Shown here in pieces: positions 41,366-62,119 of a stretch of DNA of 64,000 nt. The stretch spans positions 1-64,000 of the forward strand of contig BDGG01000005.1 in NCBI GenBank assembly GCA_001949185.1. The letters are read 5' to 3'. Numbering within the stretch: the stretch's first letter is position 1; every line of letters begins with the position of its first letter. The translations under genes were made by a program, and so were the position numbers. The DNA comes from Ramazzottius varieornatus (lineage: Eukaryota > Animalia > Tardigrada). Under the pieces are notes generated by a model. That model was not told where the DNA came from. It did not search any database and worked only from the letters and a program-made list of their open reading frames with translations.

Positions 41366-43174
41366 TATCATAATTGGAATCATATCAATAAAAGCTTTTA
41401 GCGAGACTGAGTTTTTGGCCGGTTTCGCGCACGCGGCTCATTGTAGAAGGAGACGCAATTAAGGTATGGATGGTGTCTACCACGAACAATTTTACCATGC
41501 GGTACAATTATTCATCCTCCGCCTAGACAATTACCAGTTCAAATTCGCGGACTGAGCTTTTTTCATTAATTTCCTTACACAGTACAAAGCAGCCATATTT
41601 CGTTAATAATCAGGTTGGACGCTGGACATGTGAGCGGCTTCCAAAGGCGGAAGCGTCCACGAGCCAAGTCAAACGGAAATTATTCTGCAGAGTCAGGAAG
41701 GCAATGTCTGGTTGTTTAATTTCGTATCGTGCTGGTTTGGCGTCGGCCGGAGCATATGGAAAGAGTGGCCGGAAGTGTCAGCAGTGAATGGAACGTCCAG
41801 TAGTCGCATAAGCCTCTCCATGCGGCCACTGGTCATCCATCTCGCCACTGCAAAGCCCCTCTAATCGTGTCTGATTAACTGAAATTCTAAGCCGTCTCAC
41901 CACTTGGGTCATATTTTCAGCTGGCTACCTAATCTGCTTGAGGCTTGTCAAGTACCAAAGGTTACGCTCTGAAGTGGACAGGTTCGTGGATAAGATGACG
42001 GCTTCCTGTCATAATTTCGGTAACTGACCCAGCACAGGTCGGCATTTCCTACTTAAAATTCTCTCTCTCTAAATTCGCACCACTTGAGTTTTATGTGGAA
42101 TTTGTTGTTTCGTATTTGGTTTCGACCTTCCCGTAACCCTTGACACCTGGACACCCATCGATGGCCGTATTCAAACAGAAAGGAAACCACGACTTTGGCG
42201 GGCTACAAGGTGTATATTGGTGGTTACTGCGACTTGTATTTATGCATATGGTATTTATGCATATGCATACGGCAACTACTGTAAAACCAACTTTCCGTCC
42301 ATCCACTGCCACTGGTACGCCAGGGTTCTTCCTGGTTGCTCGAACGAGTGGTGCTGGTCTTCGTTCTCGCAACCATGGTTCTTGTGATATCTGACAGCTC
42401 GAAGGCACCTGGACTGAAAGAAGCCCTCTCACACCCGATACAGTGTAACGAAGATAGACAGGGCGGTTACTCCCCGAGTTTGAAGTGGTCTGGTGCTGAG
42501 ACTTGAAGGATCGTCAACACGAACGTGTTCTCCCATGACCACGTCAGGCCTATCTATGAGACATGACACGACAGAAGCGGATAAAGTCGTGCATAATCGT
42601 GTCGTGAGAGTGGCAAAATGTCTGCAAGACTATCTGCTGTCAGGAGTTATTTATCTGCTCAATTAACGCGAATATGTCGATATAGCACTTGGAAGTTTAA
42701 GAATTGATGAGCCACGAACAGGCCACTGGTCAGCCATACGCAAGCTCATGCCGCATTCCTTGTAGTGACCCGAGCCAGATGACGAGACTCTTCAGTACAC
42801 CCTTTCATATCATACCATGGTATGCACCCATCTTGCAATCAGTTATCTGAAAGAAGGAAGCTCAAGAGCTGTATTAAGAGGATATATCGTATTTCTCTTG
42901 GTTTTCGAACTTACCAGTGGGATACTGAAGTGTTCTTCACTTAAAACTGAGTTACGCTGCAGAATTTCCGCTACGAAGTTGCGAAACATTCGGAAAAAGC
43001 TGAAGAGCTCGATTCCATCGGATGCCTGACCTGCGTCAAAGCGGTCGTCCGCAGAGAAAGCGCTTTGGCAAGCACCTGTCTCTGCAATTTTCCAAGTGGA
43101 GCAGGTGCGAATAACCAACACGGAAGTCGACCGAGAACCGAGCGAATCACCCCATGTGAAACCAACAGAAAATA

Positions 43175-43328
43175 CTGTAGTGCTACTAAATTAATGCGCA
43201 CTCAACCACGTGAACAGTAAATGATGCCCGGGTGAGAGTCACACAGGCTACTCCAGCAATATCTGATCATACTGGACAACGATGACCCATCACGTGGTTG
43301 AGTACACGTTAATTTGGAAGCACTACAG
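43175..43328. mobile_element. 154-bp MITE of the same TIR family as 16701-17305
   Basis: 39-bp TIRs CTGTAGTGCT...ACTCAACCACGTGA with 5 mismatches between arms; shares subterminal ACAGTAAAT..CCCG; TA on the left, CA on the right. Confidence 0.85.
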
Positions 43329-44420
43329 CACAATTATCTTATTTTGTTTTTCTGAAACTGTTCGACTGAAATCCGTTGGGATTCAGCTTCAGTTGGTAAG
43401 TGGCCGTATCCCATGTCCAGCACTTCCGCCAGGTAAATACTGGAAGATGTCCCAACTGGGTCAGAGGTGAACACTCTTGGTATTAGCTGGGTCCAGTAAC
43501 GGAAACACTACGAGTGCAGGCTGCCTTTAGAGATTCCAGAAAGGAAAGGAGGATGACTGGTCAAGCGCAAATTGGGCTTGAACGATTTTAAAGTGCTCTT
43601 TGATGGATGTGGCGGTCTTTGGAGGCATTTTATTGTCAACAGGGATTAATAAATCTGCAAACTGCTTGAGTGACCGTGTAAAATCAAAACAGGGACTTCG
43701 GAAGTTCCTTTATAACCGTATTACGATTCCATTTGTCCCATCAGCTAATCTTAATTTCTTGAGGTCGGCTGACCAAGTAGGCTTTTCTGTGCTCTATAAA
43801 GGACGTTAACGTTTGGAACGGATCTGTTTTTGGCAGTTTCTTGGCGAGGAGATAGAAATTTGTAATCTCTGCTCTGGGCGTTTCCAGCGTGGGAATGACT
43901 TTCTGACCTATCTTCTGTCTTTGGCTATTTTAACCTACTTTTAAAATTGAATTGTGTGGACATGTCACATGTGAATAAATCCTATAACAGTTTTGACTAG
44001 AAGCGTTGCAGAAAATTGAGGAGGCGGGTATGCAGGTCGATGAACCATCCCTAATTAACAATTACGTAGAAGTCCATTTATCCACATCATTGCGTAATGT
44101 GCCCAGGAGAAACCCATTAGCCGTCCATGTTGCAGCGGTCTCGACAAGATCAAATGCTTAAGTAAGGGATCGTCAACCCGCCTGTACCAAATTATCATAT
44201 GAGACGAATATCCTATAATGTTGTTACAGGCTTATGGCAGTTGAATTATGCGACAGAAGGTGCAAAAGATGCAGATTACGCCGCTGTCCACTACTCGTCA
44301 TATCGGCTTCCCAATCGGCAGAGTATCATATCATGATCAGTTGTCTCGCAAATACCGTCTGGGATGTTAAACCTTCCGCTGTGTCCGTCGGCACCAGATT
44401 TCTCGCTTGGAAGGCAACTT

Positions 44421-44540
44421 GGGACTTGGGCAAATGAAGTGAACCAGTTCTTGTTTCAGATGGCGCACTTTCCAACTGTTTACGGGAGAGCCTGCGCCAC
44501 TTGGGGGAACGATCTGGTGCAGACCATTTTCCCACTTCGC
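44421..44540. repeat. 120-bp palindromic family A, copy 11 (downstream of HS3ST)
   Basis: GGGACTTGGGCAAATGAAGTGAACCAG...AGATGGCGCA-N25-TGCGCCACTTG; flanks ACTT/ATTT. Confidence 0.85.
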
Positions 44541-44835
44541 ATTTTGTACAGTGTTTTTAGATTTACCATGACACTAATATCCGAAGACGCATTCTTGTTA
44601 TGGAGTATTCCTTGCTATGTTCAAAGATAGGATCGGAGACAAAATAACGATAGAAAACTTTGGTCCAGTAGACATCACGGGATCATTATTAGCCTCTCTG
44701 GGAGCGTTAGACTCCGAACAAGGATGACAGTCCAACTGTTGAAACTAATTGAAACTGACCGAAGCACTTATTGCCAGCGAAACATCGCCACGTGTGAGCA
44801 ATTTTTCCAACAAGATTCTACCAACAACTTCATTC

Positions 44836-52693
<7,858 letters not shown>

Positions 52694-54304
52694 TCAGGGC
52701 ATTCTTGCCGGCAAATTAAGTAGACTCGCTTAAGTAAGTGCCGTATTCTTCCTTCTTCAATACTAAAACACTGTTACTGCGGTACACTGGATGATGCCCT
52801 ATCTTCCTCTCGGCACAAACCACTGACTTTGCCTCTTGTGCTAGCAGCTGAGGAAACACACTTTTCACGAGCGGGATGATACACAAACACCAAGTCCATC
52901 TCGGTGGTGAGTGATGTATGGCGGGCTTTGATATCAGACGAGAAAGTGGACCTGCCCCTTTGCCCGCGCGGCCAATGAAGTTGACGATCGATCCGAAAGC
53001 GCCTCCCTTTCACTGACCACACTTACGTTTGCACGAAATATCTGAATAACATATAATACCTTCCGGCGCAATGCCACGGAGGAAACTATAGTTTTAAAAT
53101 GTACAAGTAGTAACGGAAGAATAAAACTCAGAACTAAAAAGGTTGTTTTCTTTTCTGGAAATCCCTCGGGAGTCCTTCGAAGGAGTAATATGGCGAACCC
53201 GGAAACAAAGAGTGTAACTAACTTTAGGAGTGGGACGATTTGCTCTTTGCTCCTTCCTTTCATTCTCTTTAGCTCGTCAGGTTGAAGTCAGTACGTCAGT
53301 GCAGACCGTTGTTATGACTGTTTGTCCGTCGTAAAAAGCTTGGGAAGGTCGCTGCGATTATTGCTGAAAGTTAATCTATCATTGCATAGATGGACTTATT
53401 GGCTATTTGTCCAGTCGAGCTATAATCCTGCCGCATGGCCATTACGTCTAATTATAATCCAATTTTTGGGCACAATGTCACGAAAATCGATTCGGGTGTC
53501 ATAATAGCAACTGGCGGATGGAGTTCATGTTTGGCCTGTGGACAGTGCAAGGTCTGGAATGTCTGTCCATCCCTCGAGATGGTAGCCCCGTTCTATCTGA
53601 TTGACATTATGTAAAAGTTTTATGACTGCACTGGTCATTTCTCGGGCCAGATCGGCCAGTTCATATAATTTGGGGGAAAGTAACAGTAGAATATCAAGTA
53701 CAGTTATTGTTAATATTTCATTCCCTTGAACCACATAAACAAGTGTTGTTCAAGAGTACTTCATCCAGTCGGCGCTCTTTGCGGGAGGGACAACAGGCTG
53801 TAATTGTCAAAGAAGAGTTGGGGAAAAAGGACGAAAGCGAGGATGGCACGAGGGCGTATTTGTCCGTTTATGTCCAGCATGCGGTCACGCTTCAACGTCT
53901 TTAGCTCCGTGAAGGAGATAAGGCCGCAATTCTTCCCCGCTGCGAAAAACCCGCAAGGTGGAAACATCTTGCCTACTCTTCTGGCCAAAGCAGAAGGTGA
54001 CAAACCTGGCTACTAAGCCCAAAGCCGTTATGCGCACCGGACAATCAATCCACATTCCGCATCGAAAGTTCATTGAGGCTCAAGGCCTTGAGTAGGATGG
54101 AACCGCACACTATAATCACCGTCGCTGCGTGAAGCTACGGCCTGACGATCATATTTCTTCCCGACAGTTGCATATTAGCCTCATTAGAAAATGATATTCC
54201 CACGATGCACCGCCAAGCTGTTGGCTTTACCGGAACAAAGACTGTGCTGCCGTAAACATCCATTGTGTGAATAATATGGTGCTACTCAACCGAGCTGGTT
54301 ATCT

Positions 54305-54424
54305 GGAACGTCGGCGAATTTTCTGAACCAGATTGTTCTTTCAAGTGACGCAGACCTCGGCCAAAAAAATGAAAACATGCGCCACTTGAAACAAGAATTG
54401 GTTCACTCCATTTGCTCAAGTCCC
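54305..54424. repeat. 120-bp palindromic family A, copy 14 (intergenic)
   Basis: CAAGTGACGCA-N25-TGCGCCACTTG...ATTTGCTCAAGTCCC; flanks ATCT/ATAT. Confidence 0.85.
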
Positions 54425-55691
54425 ATATAACCTAGTAGATCTGCCGCAAACCTGTACCGTCTCCGAAAAACCTGCGTCTCTGGTCATACGAGATACCCTC
54501 AAGTTTACAAATTAGTGCGAACGTCCAGCTTATCAACACATTTCGCACATCCATCTTGTCAATTACTACAGTTCCCAGAACTTTTATTTCATCGGTCCGC
54601 TCTGGCTTAGATTACTAATTGTCCATCATTTATCGCATGATCGCTACTGTGAGATCAGCACATCTCCGGAAACAAATACTGTTTGCCCACATTTCACCGG
54701 CAAAGCTTTCTGGTTATCTATGCTGACCAAATTGTTTTGCGATGACAGAATCATTCGGATACCGTGTACATAAATAAGCCTTCAGTAACCCCACTTTAGC
54801 CTTGATAAAGGTTCCACCGAAGCTGCTCCCTTCAACTTCGATGTCACCAGCCGAATTTGGCTGGGAATCTGGCTGGGATCACTGCGACTGACCGTATATC
54901 AGCCGGTGATGCGAACTGCCCAGTTTCATAATCTCATCAAAATCTCATCTGAGTATATTAAACTTCTTTTCAGAGTTCGCAGCAGGGGAGAATGGACGGT
55001 GGTCATCATCCACTGCCACCTGCATTTTTGCGGCTTTTTGTTGCAGAGGTTATTGTGCCCGTATCTGTTACTGCCATGAAAGTCAAGAGCAAGCGGAATG
55101 AGATGAAGTCTCCTTTTAAAAGAGGAAGTTAATGATGCGCATCCATTAGCCAGCCTTCAACCACTAGACAACAGATGCAGAATACATGTATCCATCATAC
55201 TGACCCTTTCATAGTGCTGACATCTTCCAAGTGCAACTGTCACCTCTTCCCAGTAACACAATACCACCTTTGAGCCACGGTAGTCCACCGGCATAAAGCT
55301 CGACACCCTCCGCTACCCATCCTATGTTCATTAAAAAGAGCATTTTCCCCTCGGGACGTACAAAAAGGTTTGAATTTGGAATGAGATGACCACAGTACTC
55401 TTCCTGCACAAACGGTTATTATTACTGGCATATTGAACCCCGGAACAATACCCGAACGGTAATAGCTTCGTGAGCCAAATTGCTACGTTTCTAACAGAAG
55501 GATGATACGAGTGTCACCATCACGAACTGCGGAGCGCTCTCTCGTGATATCGAAAGTTTTACGAGCAGCAGGTGGTCAATGGTCATCAACAATATTTTTA
55601 TCTAATATCAAATTTTTAGTTTGGGGAGTCGAAAAAACCGGAAATTGAGCCAAAGAGATTCAGAAAAATTTTCAAGATCTCGAAGATAATT

Positions 55692-55798
55692 GGGACGTCG
55701 GCAAAAGAACTGAACGCGATCGTCATCTCCATTGTCGCCAGCCGAAAGTGTGCGCCGCTTGAGAGAACGATCTTGTTCAAGCTGTTTGCCGACGTTTC
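55692..55798. repeat. 120-bp palindromic family A, copy 15 (intergenic, internal deletion)
   Basis: GGGACGTCGGCAAA...TTTGCCGACGTTTC, flanked by AATT on both sides. Confidence 0.82.
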
Positions 55799-56545
55799 AA
55801 TTTAGGTTCGCTAGTTTTGGGCAAGAAACTGAATGCTTGTGCTTCTCTAACTGACCTTCGAACACGCACGATTGGTAAATTGGTAAATGAGACATTTTAT
55901 CCAGTCGAACTGACATTCAACACACCATCCACGAATTTGGGTGTCAAAAGTTGCTAGCTTGGTAAACAACGGCATTATAAACCCATTTGCAATTGAGAAG
56001 GAAAGTCAGATTAGTAAAGACGCTTGATAGATGTGCGAAGTATGGTATTAGCTCTCTAACGACTGTAATCCGGAAATAATAGACTGACCAAGGTCCAACT
56101 CTATACATCCGGCTCAACACAGCTAACACCGATATCCCTAACTTCCGTCCGAAGCTCAAAGCAGCCAAACCTACAGGTGACCTAGTCCATAAAAGGGAAG
56201 TTCTAATCCCTTGCGTGCAACTGATGAATTTAATGAAGTTAATAAGGCTTCCGTGATGTAATATCGGTGCTGTCTTCCTTCACTTCCGGTCAACAGAGAC
56301 CATACACTCCTTGACACGCAAGCCTGACAGACATCCTTGTTCAATAACGAACGAGCTCGACACGAATGATATTCCCTTGATGATCATCAAAGACGACGAA
56401 ATTTTTCGCTCTGTATTTGTGTGATCGGATTTGTAACAAAAGCCAAGAACCTTGCAAACTGACACCCGTCTGATATTGTGCGAGAAAGAGACGGACACAA
56501 CCAGGAAGAAAAACTGCGGTCCCTTTGTTGCCGGAAGCAAGCTCT

Positions 56546-58498
56546 TTACTGGTACTGCAATTGGTTCTCCAAAGTTCGATATGCGACAGGAGGGTCGACT
56601 ACCGCTCCGACGGGTCCTCGATTTCCGCCCTTGAATCTCAGCTGTTTCTGTCTTCGCCACCACAAGGCACCGACAATGATGGCCACTAAGATGGCAATGA
56701 AGACGGCGATGCCCCACAGTCCGGCGGGCTCCCTGAGCGTATCTGCAAATGCAGCAAGGATCCACTTACCCTTCTCACACAAAAGTCAATATTGGCTTCT
56801 TACGTCCGTGTAGATACTGATAATAGAGGTCGGCACACTCATCCTTCCAGTCCACCACTATGAAGTCCTTCGAAAGCGCTATGAGTTTACTCAGCGGACA
56901 CAACGAGTTGTGGCACTCGGGATGGCTTAGCATCACTGGGTCCGCCGTCGAATTCCAACTAGTTAATAAACCTTGCTGCAATGACATCGCAGTGGTATTA
57001 CACTACGGTACAAATATGGCACTTACTCTTCGTGGTACAGCACTCGGACGCTGTCATTCTGGAAAAGCTCCACGAAGACGGATGCCTAAAACGAAAGATG
57101 AATGGCATAACCCGTAAAGTTTCTGGGTGGAAACAGTCCTTCGGGGCCCGTACGCTGAAAGGAGGAATCGCAGAAATATCTCGCGCCGTTTCGGACTTGG
57201 CGATCATGTGCAAGATGGCATTCAGTCCGGATATCGTTGAGTCATGCTACAAAACGGCATAAAATTTATAGCACCTGTACCAAGAAGAAGAACGTGGCAA
57301 CGAATTGAAGAAGGTTCTTACTCCTGCATAGATAAACAACTTGGGCCAAGTAGGCTTTTGTTGTAAGCGATTGAGGATGGTATACAGGAGGTGGCCACCG
57401 ATTAACCTGGCGCGTTCTCCGTCTCCCCAGGTGCCGCTCCAGGAATGGAAGACCTCACTGGAGATCTGTTGCAGAACTTCGTAAACGCTACCGTTTATCC
57501 ACTTTGGTGTTGATACGTTATGAAGTCGTAAACATTCATACGAATCGAAGGCGTTGAGAACACGGTCGAAGAAGTGGTCACCAGCGTCGTTCGCTTGTTC
57601 GTTGATTAGCATCCCCATCGAACTCTGTAAAGCGACACCTGTTGGCCATGTCACAAAACGTCCGCGAGACCGATTTCCAACCACCTTTTCATATCCCGAA
57701 AGTGGGTGAAAAGAGGAGTAACGGGGCAAGTTCAGTACCATGTGTTCGTGATGTCTTGAAAGAAGGAAAGGACTTTCATACAATTCGCGGTTGAGACGCT
57801 TCAGCTTCGGACAGGCAGCTGTCTGCTTCAGCAGGAACTCTTCCGATTGGGAAACGGTATGCACGGGTACAGGTCTCCATAGTTCGCCCAGTGATGTTCC
57901 GTTCCGACTGGAATTCCACATCGAGCCGGAAGTAGGCGGAAACATACCAGCTGCATTAGCCAGCGCGCTTTCCAGCACGCGGTTATGGTCCGAAGCCCGG
58001 ATAAAAACCTGCGCGACAAAGCAGTCTGTACTCGTACGGCAAACTCAGCACTAAGGTGTATTAGAAGCAGGGAGCTTCACGATAAGTCGTTCATCACCTC
58101 GTGCGAAGCATGTTCCACTGAAAGGAAACGGGCATATCTGGCAGCAAAGTACTGACCAAGAAGGAACTGATGCTCAACTCCTTGCTTCGTGAGGTTTCCC
58201 AGTCCTTCTGGCCAGTCTTTGGGATCGTAGTTGTCGTTCCGATATCGTCTGAGCGGAGCTCGGTCGCCATGACGGTATATCTGTAAGAAGACTGCACGTC
58301 ACTGTTGACTTTTCTACCGTCTGCAACCATGCATGACAATCTGGGTATTCCACTTACAATATGAACTTGTTTCAAGTCCGTCACCACTTCAAACGCATCC
58401 CGAATGCCGAGGAATGACAGCACAACCAAGGAAAAGAGACATCTGCAGCCGGAAGTCAGCCTCCTCTGACTGGAAGATATGACGGGAAGGCGCATCAT
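56546..58498 (-). CDS. Histidine acid phosphatase, lysosomal (ACP2-like), with C-terminal TM helix
   Basis: RHGDRAP catalytic motif (58253-58273); HD motif in IYAG/HDSTI; VPVHTV; TM LWGIAVFIAILVAIIVGALWW; cytosolic YRTL (YxxPhi) sorting-like motif. Confidence 0.9.
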
Positions 58499-59027
58499 GG
58501 AGTCAGGGTACCGTATCGCTGCTTTTGTTTGCAATAAACATCGAGGTCTGGTACCGGAGGTGACTGACTACAGAAGATATATGGCATATCCCCTACACTG
58601 GAGTAAAGTCAACGAGCATGTCGCTTTGCATATACATGTCAAACCTGTTCTTTTTCAGTTACCTACTCGTGGTTCACTGGTGAATCAGTTTGCAGCCAAA
58701 ACAAGTTCCTCGACCAGGAAGTGGCAATGATCAATCAACAGACGAGGCACAGAAAAATCTGTTGCTTGTACGACTCGCACTGTTCCCCCGGAAAAGCAGA
58801 AACTCAGCCGTACAAGGCACGGCAAATAGAGATGGCTCCTTAGAGTTCGAAACAGTGCGTTACAAGTGGCAGCACAGCTCATTCATACAGCCTGACGAAC
58901 AATCTCAGCAGAGATCTCAAACATTCGTAACCATGCATTTTGAGAGTGAGATGAGGGGGCAGCACCAGCTTAGCATTTACTTTTAACGTCACAACCAGGA
59001 ATCCTTGCTGACCGCCACCGAACTTCA

Positions 59028-61480
59028 CAAGGGGATTACGGCAGTCCCCCGCGTCCGACAGCCAGTTTGATACCATAGAACGGTAGAGGAGAGTCTTCTC
59101 TACGAACTAAGAAAGAGTTGGCGTACCGAGTGGAATCCTGGAAGACACGGCAGAAACCGGAAGTAAAGCTAGATTTTGAGGCGGAGCTGCCCTAATTTCT
59201 TACAATCAAGGCTTTTGATTGCCTGACGGTTGATTTAGCTACTGATTGACCAAAACTGCTTTCACCAAGCTCTGAAATCGGTATTGCGCACTTGTAAGAA
59301 TTCTCCTTCGATTCCTGTTTCTTCCCAATTGACTACTGATCAAAATGGAATCTGTAAATCCGCTCAACATATTGAGACTGCTGGAGGTAGACTATGAGCA
59401 GCGCTATCAACCGACCGCTTCTCCGAGTGAATCTGACAAGTTATTGAGGCTGATCATCAAAGGTAAATTTCAACTGATTCTGGATATGAAGGTAGTATAA
59501 AAAGTATACTAAACTTACCCTTCTTACAGAGTTTTTGGACAACCATATCGTCCAGTTTCACGCCCCCGCGTTCAATGTCGAGGAAGACCTGGAGTACGAA
59601 CGGCAGCTTGACGTATCCACATTCGAAGAACTGGAGGAATCTGTCGCCAATGGAAACCTGTTGAATGGCCACGACGAAGCTGATTTTGAGAGCGTTCAAG
59701 ATGACCGCCTCTACGAGCCTGTCTCAAGTGCAACTGAACCGTCGTCCCATGAGCTCTTCATTCCCAGAATACCAGATCCAAAGGTAGCAGCGAGTCAGGC
59801 AGCCAGTCTTGATTACAACAAGCGTGCTGTGAGTTACTGGCGGAGCACGAAAAGGAAACGTCGTGGTTTGACAAGTGTCCAGAAGGCCTTCAGCAAGGTT
59901 ACCAGCGCGCGAGAGCTCTCCGAATGGGAACGTCAGGTTAGAGAAGGTGGCTCGCGGCCAGATAAACTGAAAGCTTTACGTTTGGAAACGGGCAAACAGT
60001 TCTTCTTGGCCAAGAAAAAGCCACACGTCGTAAAAGACATGGACATACGAAGATGGGCCGTCACAGCAAATCGAGAAATTGACTTGGAAGGTTTCACAGC
60101 ATCTCCTTATTGGGTTGGGAAGTTTAAACAGTGAGTTTTAAACCATAATCATTACTTGTACGCTAATGTTTCAGTAATGCATGTTTCGCTGTTCGTAGCA
60201 GTGTTCATCAGAATTAATTTTGTTTCGTAGGTACTACGGTATTTGTGATCGAAAAATCACAAAGTTCGTCACGGCAATGTATCTACGAGAAGCTCCTGAT
60301 GTAAAGAAGGATGCAGACGAGTGCGTGGCATGCGTGCAGTCAAGAATCCAAGCTTACGGGTTGGACTGTCTGTGGAATGCTGATCAGTCAGGGTTCGAGT
60401 ATGAGATACGGCCTGGCCGACCTCTGGACTTCATCGGAGCGAAGCATGTCCTGGCTTTAACCCAGTCCGAAAACTCGATGACTCACAGCTATACAGTTAT
60501 AATGGCCGTTTCGCCGGGTAATCGGAAGTTTCTTCCCGTGCTTTTCATCACATTGCAGGAAGATAAGGGCGTTTTCGGACCAATCGTGTCCAAAGCTTTG
60601 TTCAAGGCTAGGAACCTGCACGTCACTGCTTCCAAGTCTGGAAAGATGACTAAAGAGCTATACATTGAATGGTGCGAAAAAGTGTTCTTTCCTCAAATGA
60701 ACGGACACTGCTTCTTCTTGGCGGACTCCTGGAAAACGTTTGCTGACCACGACGCTGTTGAAGAAGTCAAGCCGGAAGAACTGGAGTACGAAATGATCAC
60801 CATCCCACCCAAGGTGACTGGTTCCATTCAACCGCTTGACGTGCTTTGCTTTCGCATGTACAAGGGTTCCTTTAGAAAGATCTCTAACTGGATCTTTCTC
60901 AACGACGAGCCTGTACAAGTTCACCATAGAGACGTAATTTTGAAACTACATTTTCTCATTTACCAGCAATTCACTTCTCCTCGATTCGAGAATTTAATTG
61001 CACAAGCCTGGCACTTGTCAGGATATACTGACAAATCTGTTAAGTACATCAACCCTACCGAATTTTGCTTTGAAGAGCTGAACGGCCATTGCGACCACGA
61101 CAACTGCAAAAACTCTTTGCTTTTGAAATGTGGTTGGTGTAAAGCTCCTCTTTGCTTCCATCACTTTTACGATGTTTATCACTTTTGTAAAATCTTTCTT
61201 CCTTGATGTTTTCTCATTAGTCGATCTGCGTTTTGGTAAATCAGAAAATCAGTTTTGGTCAATCAGTAGCTAAATCAACCGTCAGGCAATCAAAAGCCTT
61301 GATTGTAAGAAATTAGGGCAGCTCCGCCTCAAAATCTAGCTTTACTTCCGGTTTCTGCCGTGTCTTCCAGGATTCCACTCGGTACGCCAACTCCTTCTTA
61401 GTTCGTAGAGAAGACTCTCCTCTACCGTTCTATGGTATCAAACTGGCTGTCGGACGCGGGGGACTGCCGTAATCCCCTTG
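59028..61480 (+). mobile_element. Tc4/Tc5-type DNA transposon (IS630-Tc1-mariner superfamily), 2,453 bp, apparently autonomous
   Basis: TIRs 59028-59258 and 61250-61480 (231 bp, one mismatch seen) start with CAAGGGG. 3-bp TCA duplication at 59025-59027 and 61481-61483. Encodes a transposase. Confidence 0.95.
59345..61206 (+). CDS. Tc5-like transposase, 3 exons (59345-59462, 59530-60130, 60231-61206), 564 aa
   Basis: HTH/CENP-B-like region (FTASPYWVGKFKQYYGI); triad WNADQSG / FLADSW / IQPLD with 37 residues between D2 and D3; C-terminal Cys/His cluster CDHDNC...KCGWCKAPLCFHHF like the Tc5 C-terminal domain. No stops after splicing. Confidence 0.92.
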
Positions 61481-62119
61481 TCAGCTCCCTGAAAGGAAAA
61501 CTGTTGTCACTAATCGTTCACTCCAGAGCCTGACAATAGTTCGGAGGCATCGAGAGCGGTACCACGGTTTGCCGCTAAAAGCTTAGGCGGAAGTGGCCAG
61601 CTGGGTCAAAGTCGCGTGTGACTCCCGCGGTGACGATTACATAATTGTGTCAGGCTTATTTCGGTGCGGCGGCTGAGACCCAGTCGACGGTCATTTTGGA
61701 ATTGGTCCAACTTGTTGGCTTGAACAGCCCAATGCTCTGGAAACAGCATTTTAAGTAAATCAAACATCGCTACCTTCTAAAAGTGTGCATATAACAAGCA
61801 GGTGGACCAGCCTCTGACCAACCGAGCGCGTCCTTCGTTTCCCATGGCCAGGGTCCGAGACAGCTTTGAGATGGAAGCTCTGGCCCGAGATCTACCTAGG
61901 AGTTTCGGAAACGCTTTCTTTTTCGACTCTCTCATTTGTTGCCAAGGGTAATAGCGCTTCACCAATGAACCAATACCAACAGCCCACGGAAAGGGCGTAC
62001 TGAGAAGTGAAATCGATCCTAGAGCCTGAGCCCTGCTAATTTCGACTTTTTGACCGAAAGTTTCTGGCCGAACATTCAAAACTTGCCACCTCCTTGATGC
62101 AGCTTGGCAGCGTTAGAGC

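Noticed and set aside
41400-44800. ORFs 42091-42432 and 42843-43121, and a 15-bp duplication at ~42237-42266
   Set aside because: No homology recognised; consistent with chance ORFs and a local slippage duplication.
58690-58986. 98-aa ORF as a gene interrupted by the transposon
   Set aside because: It stops before the insertion site, has no ATG start, and shows no continuation after 61483.
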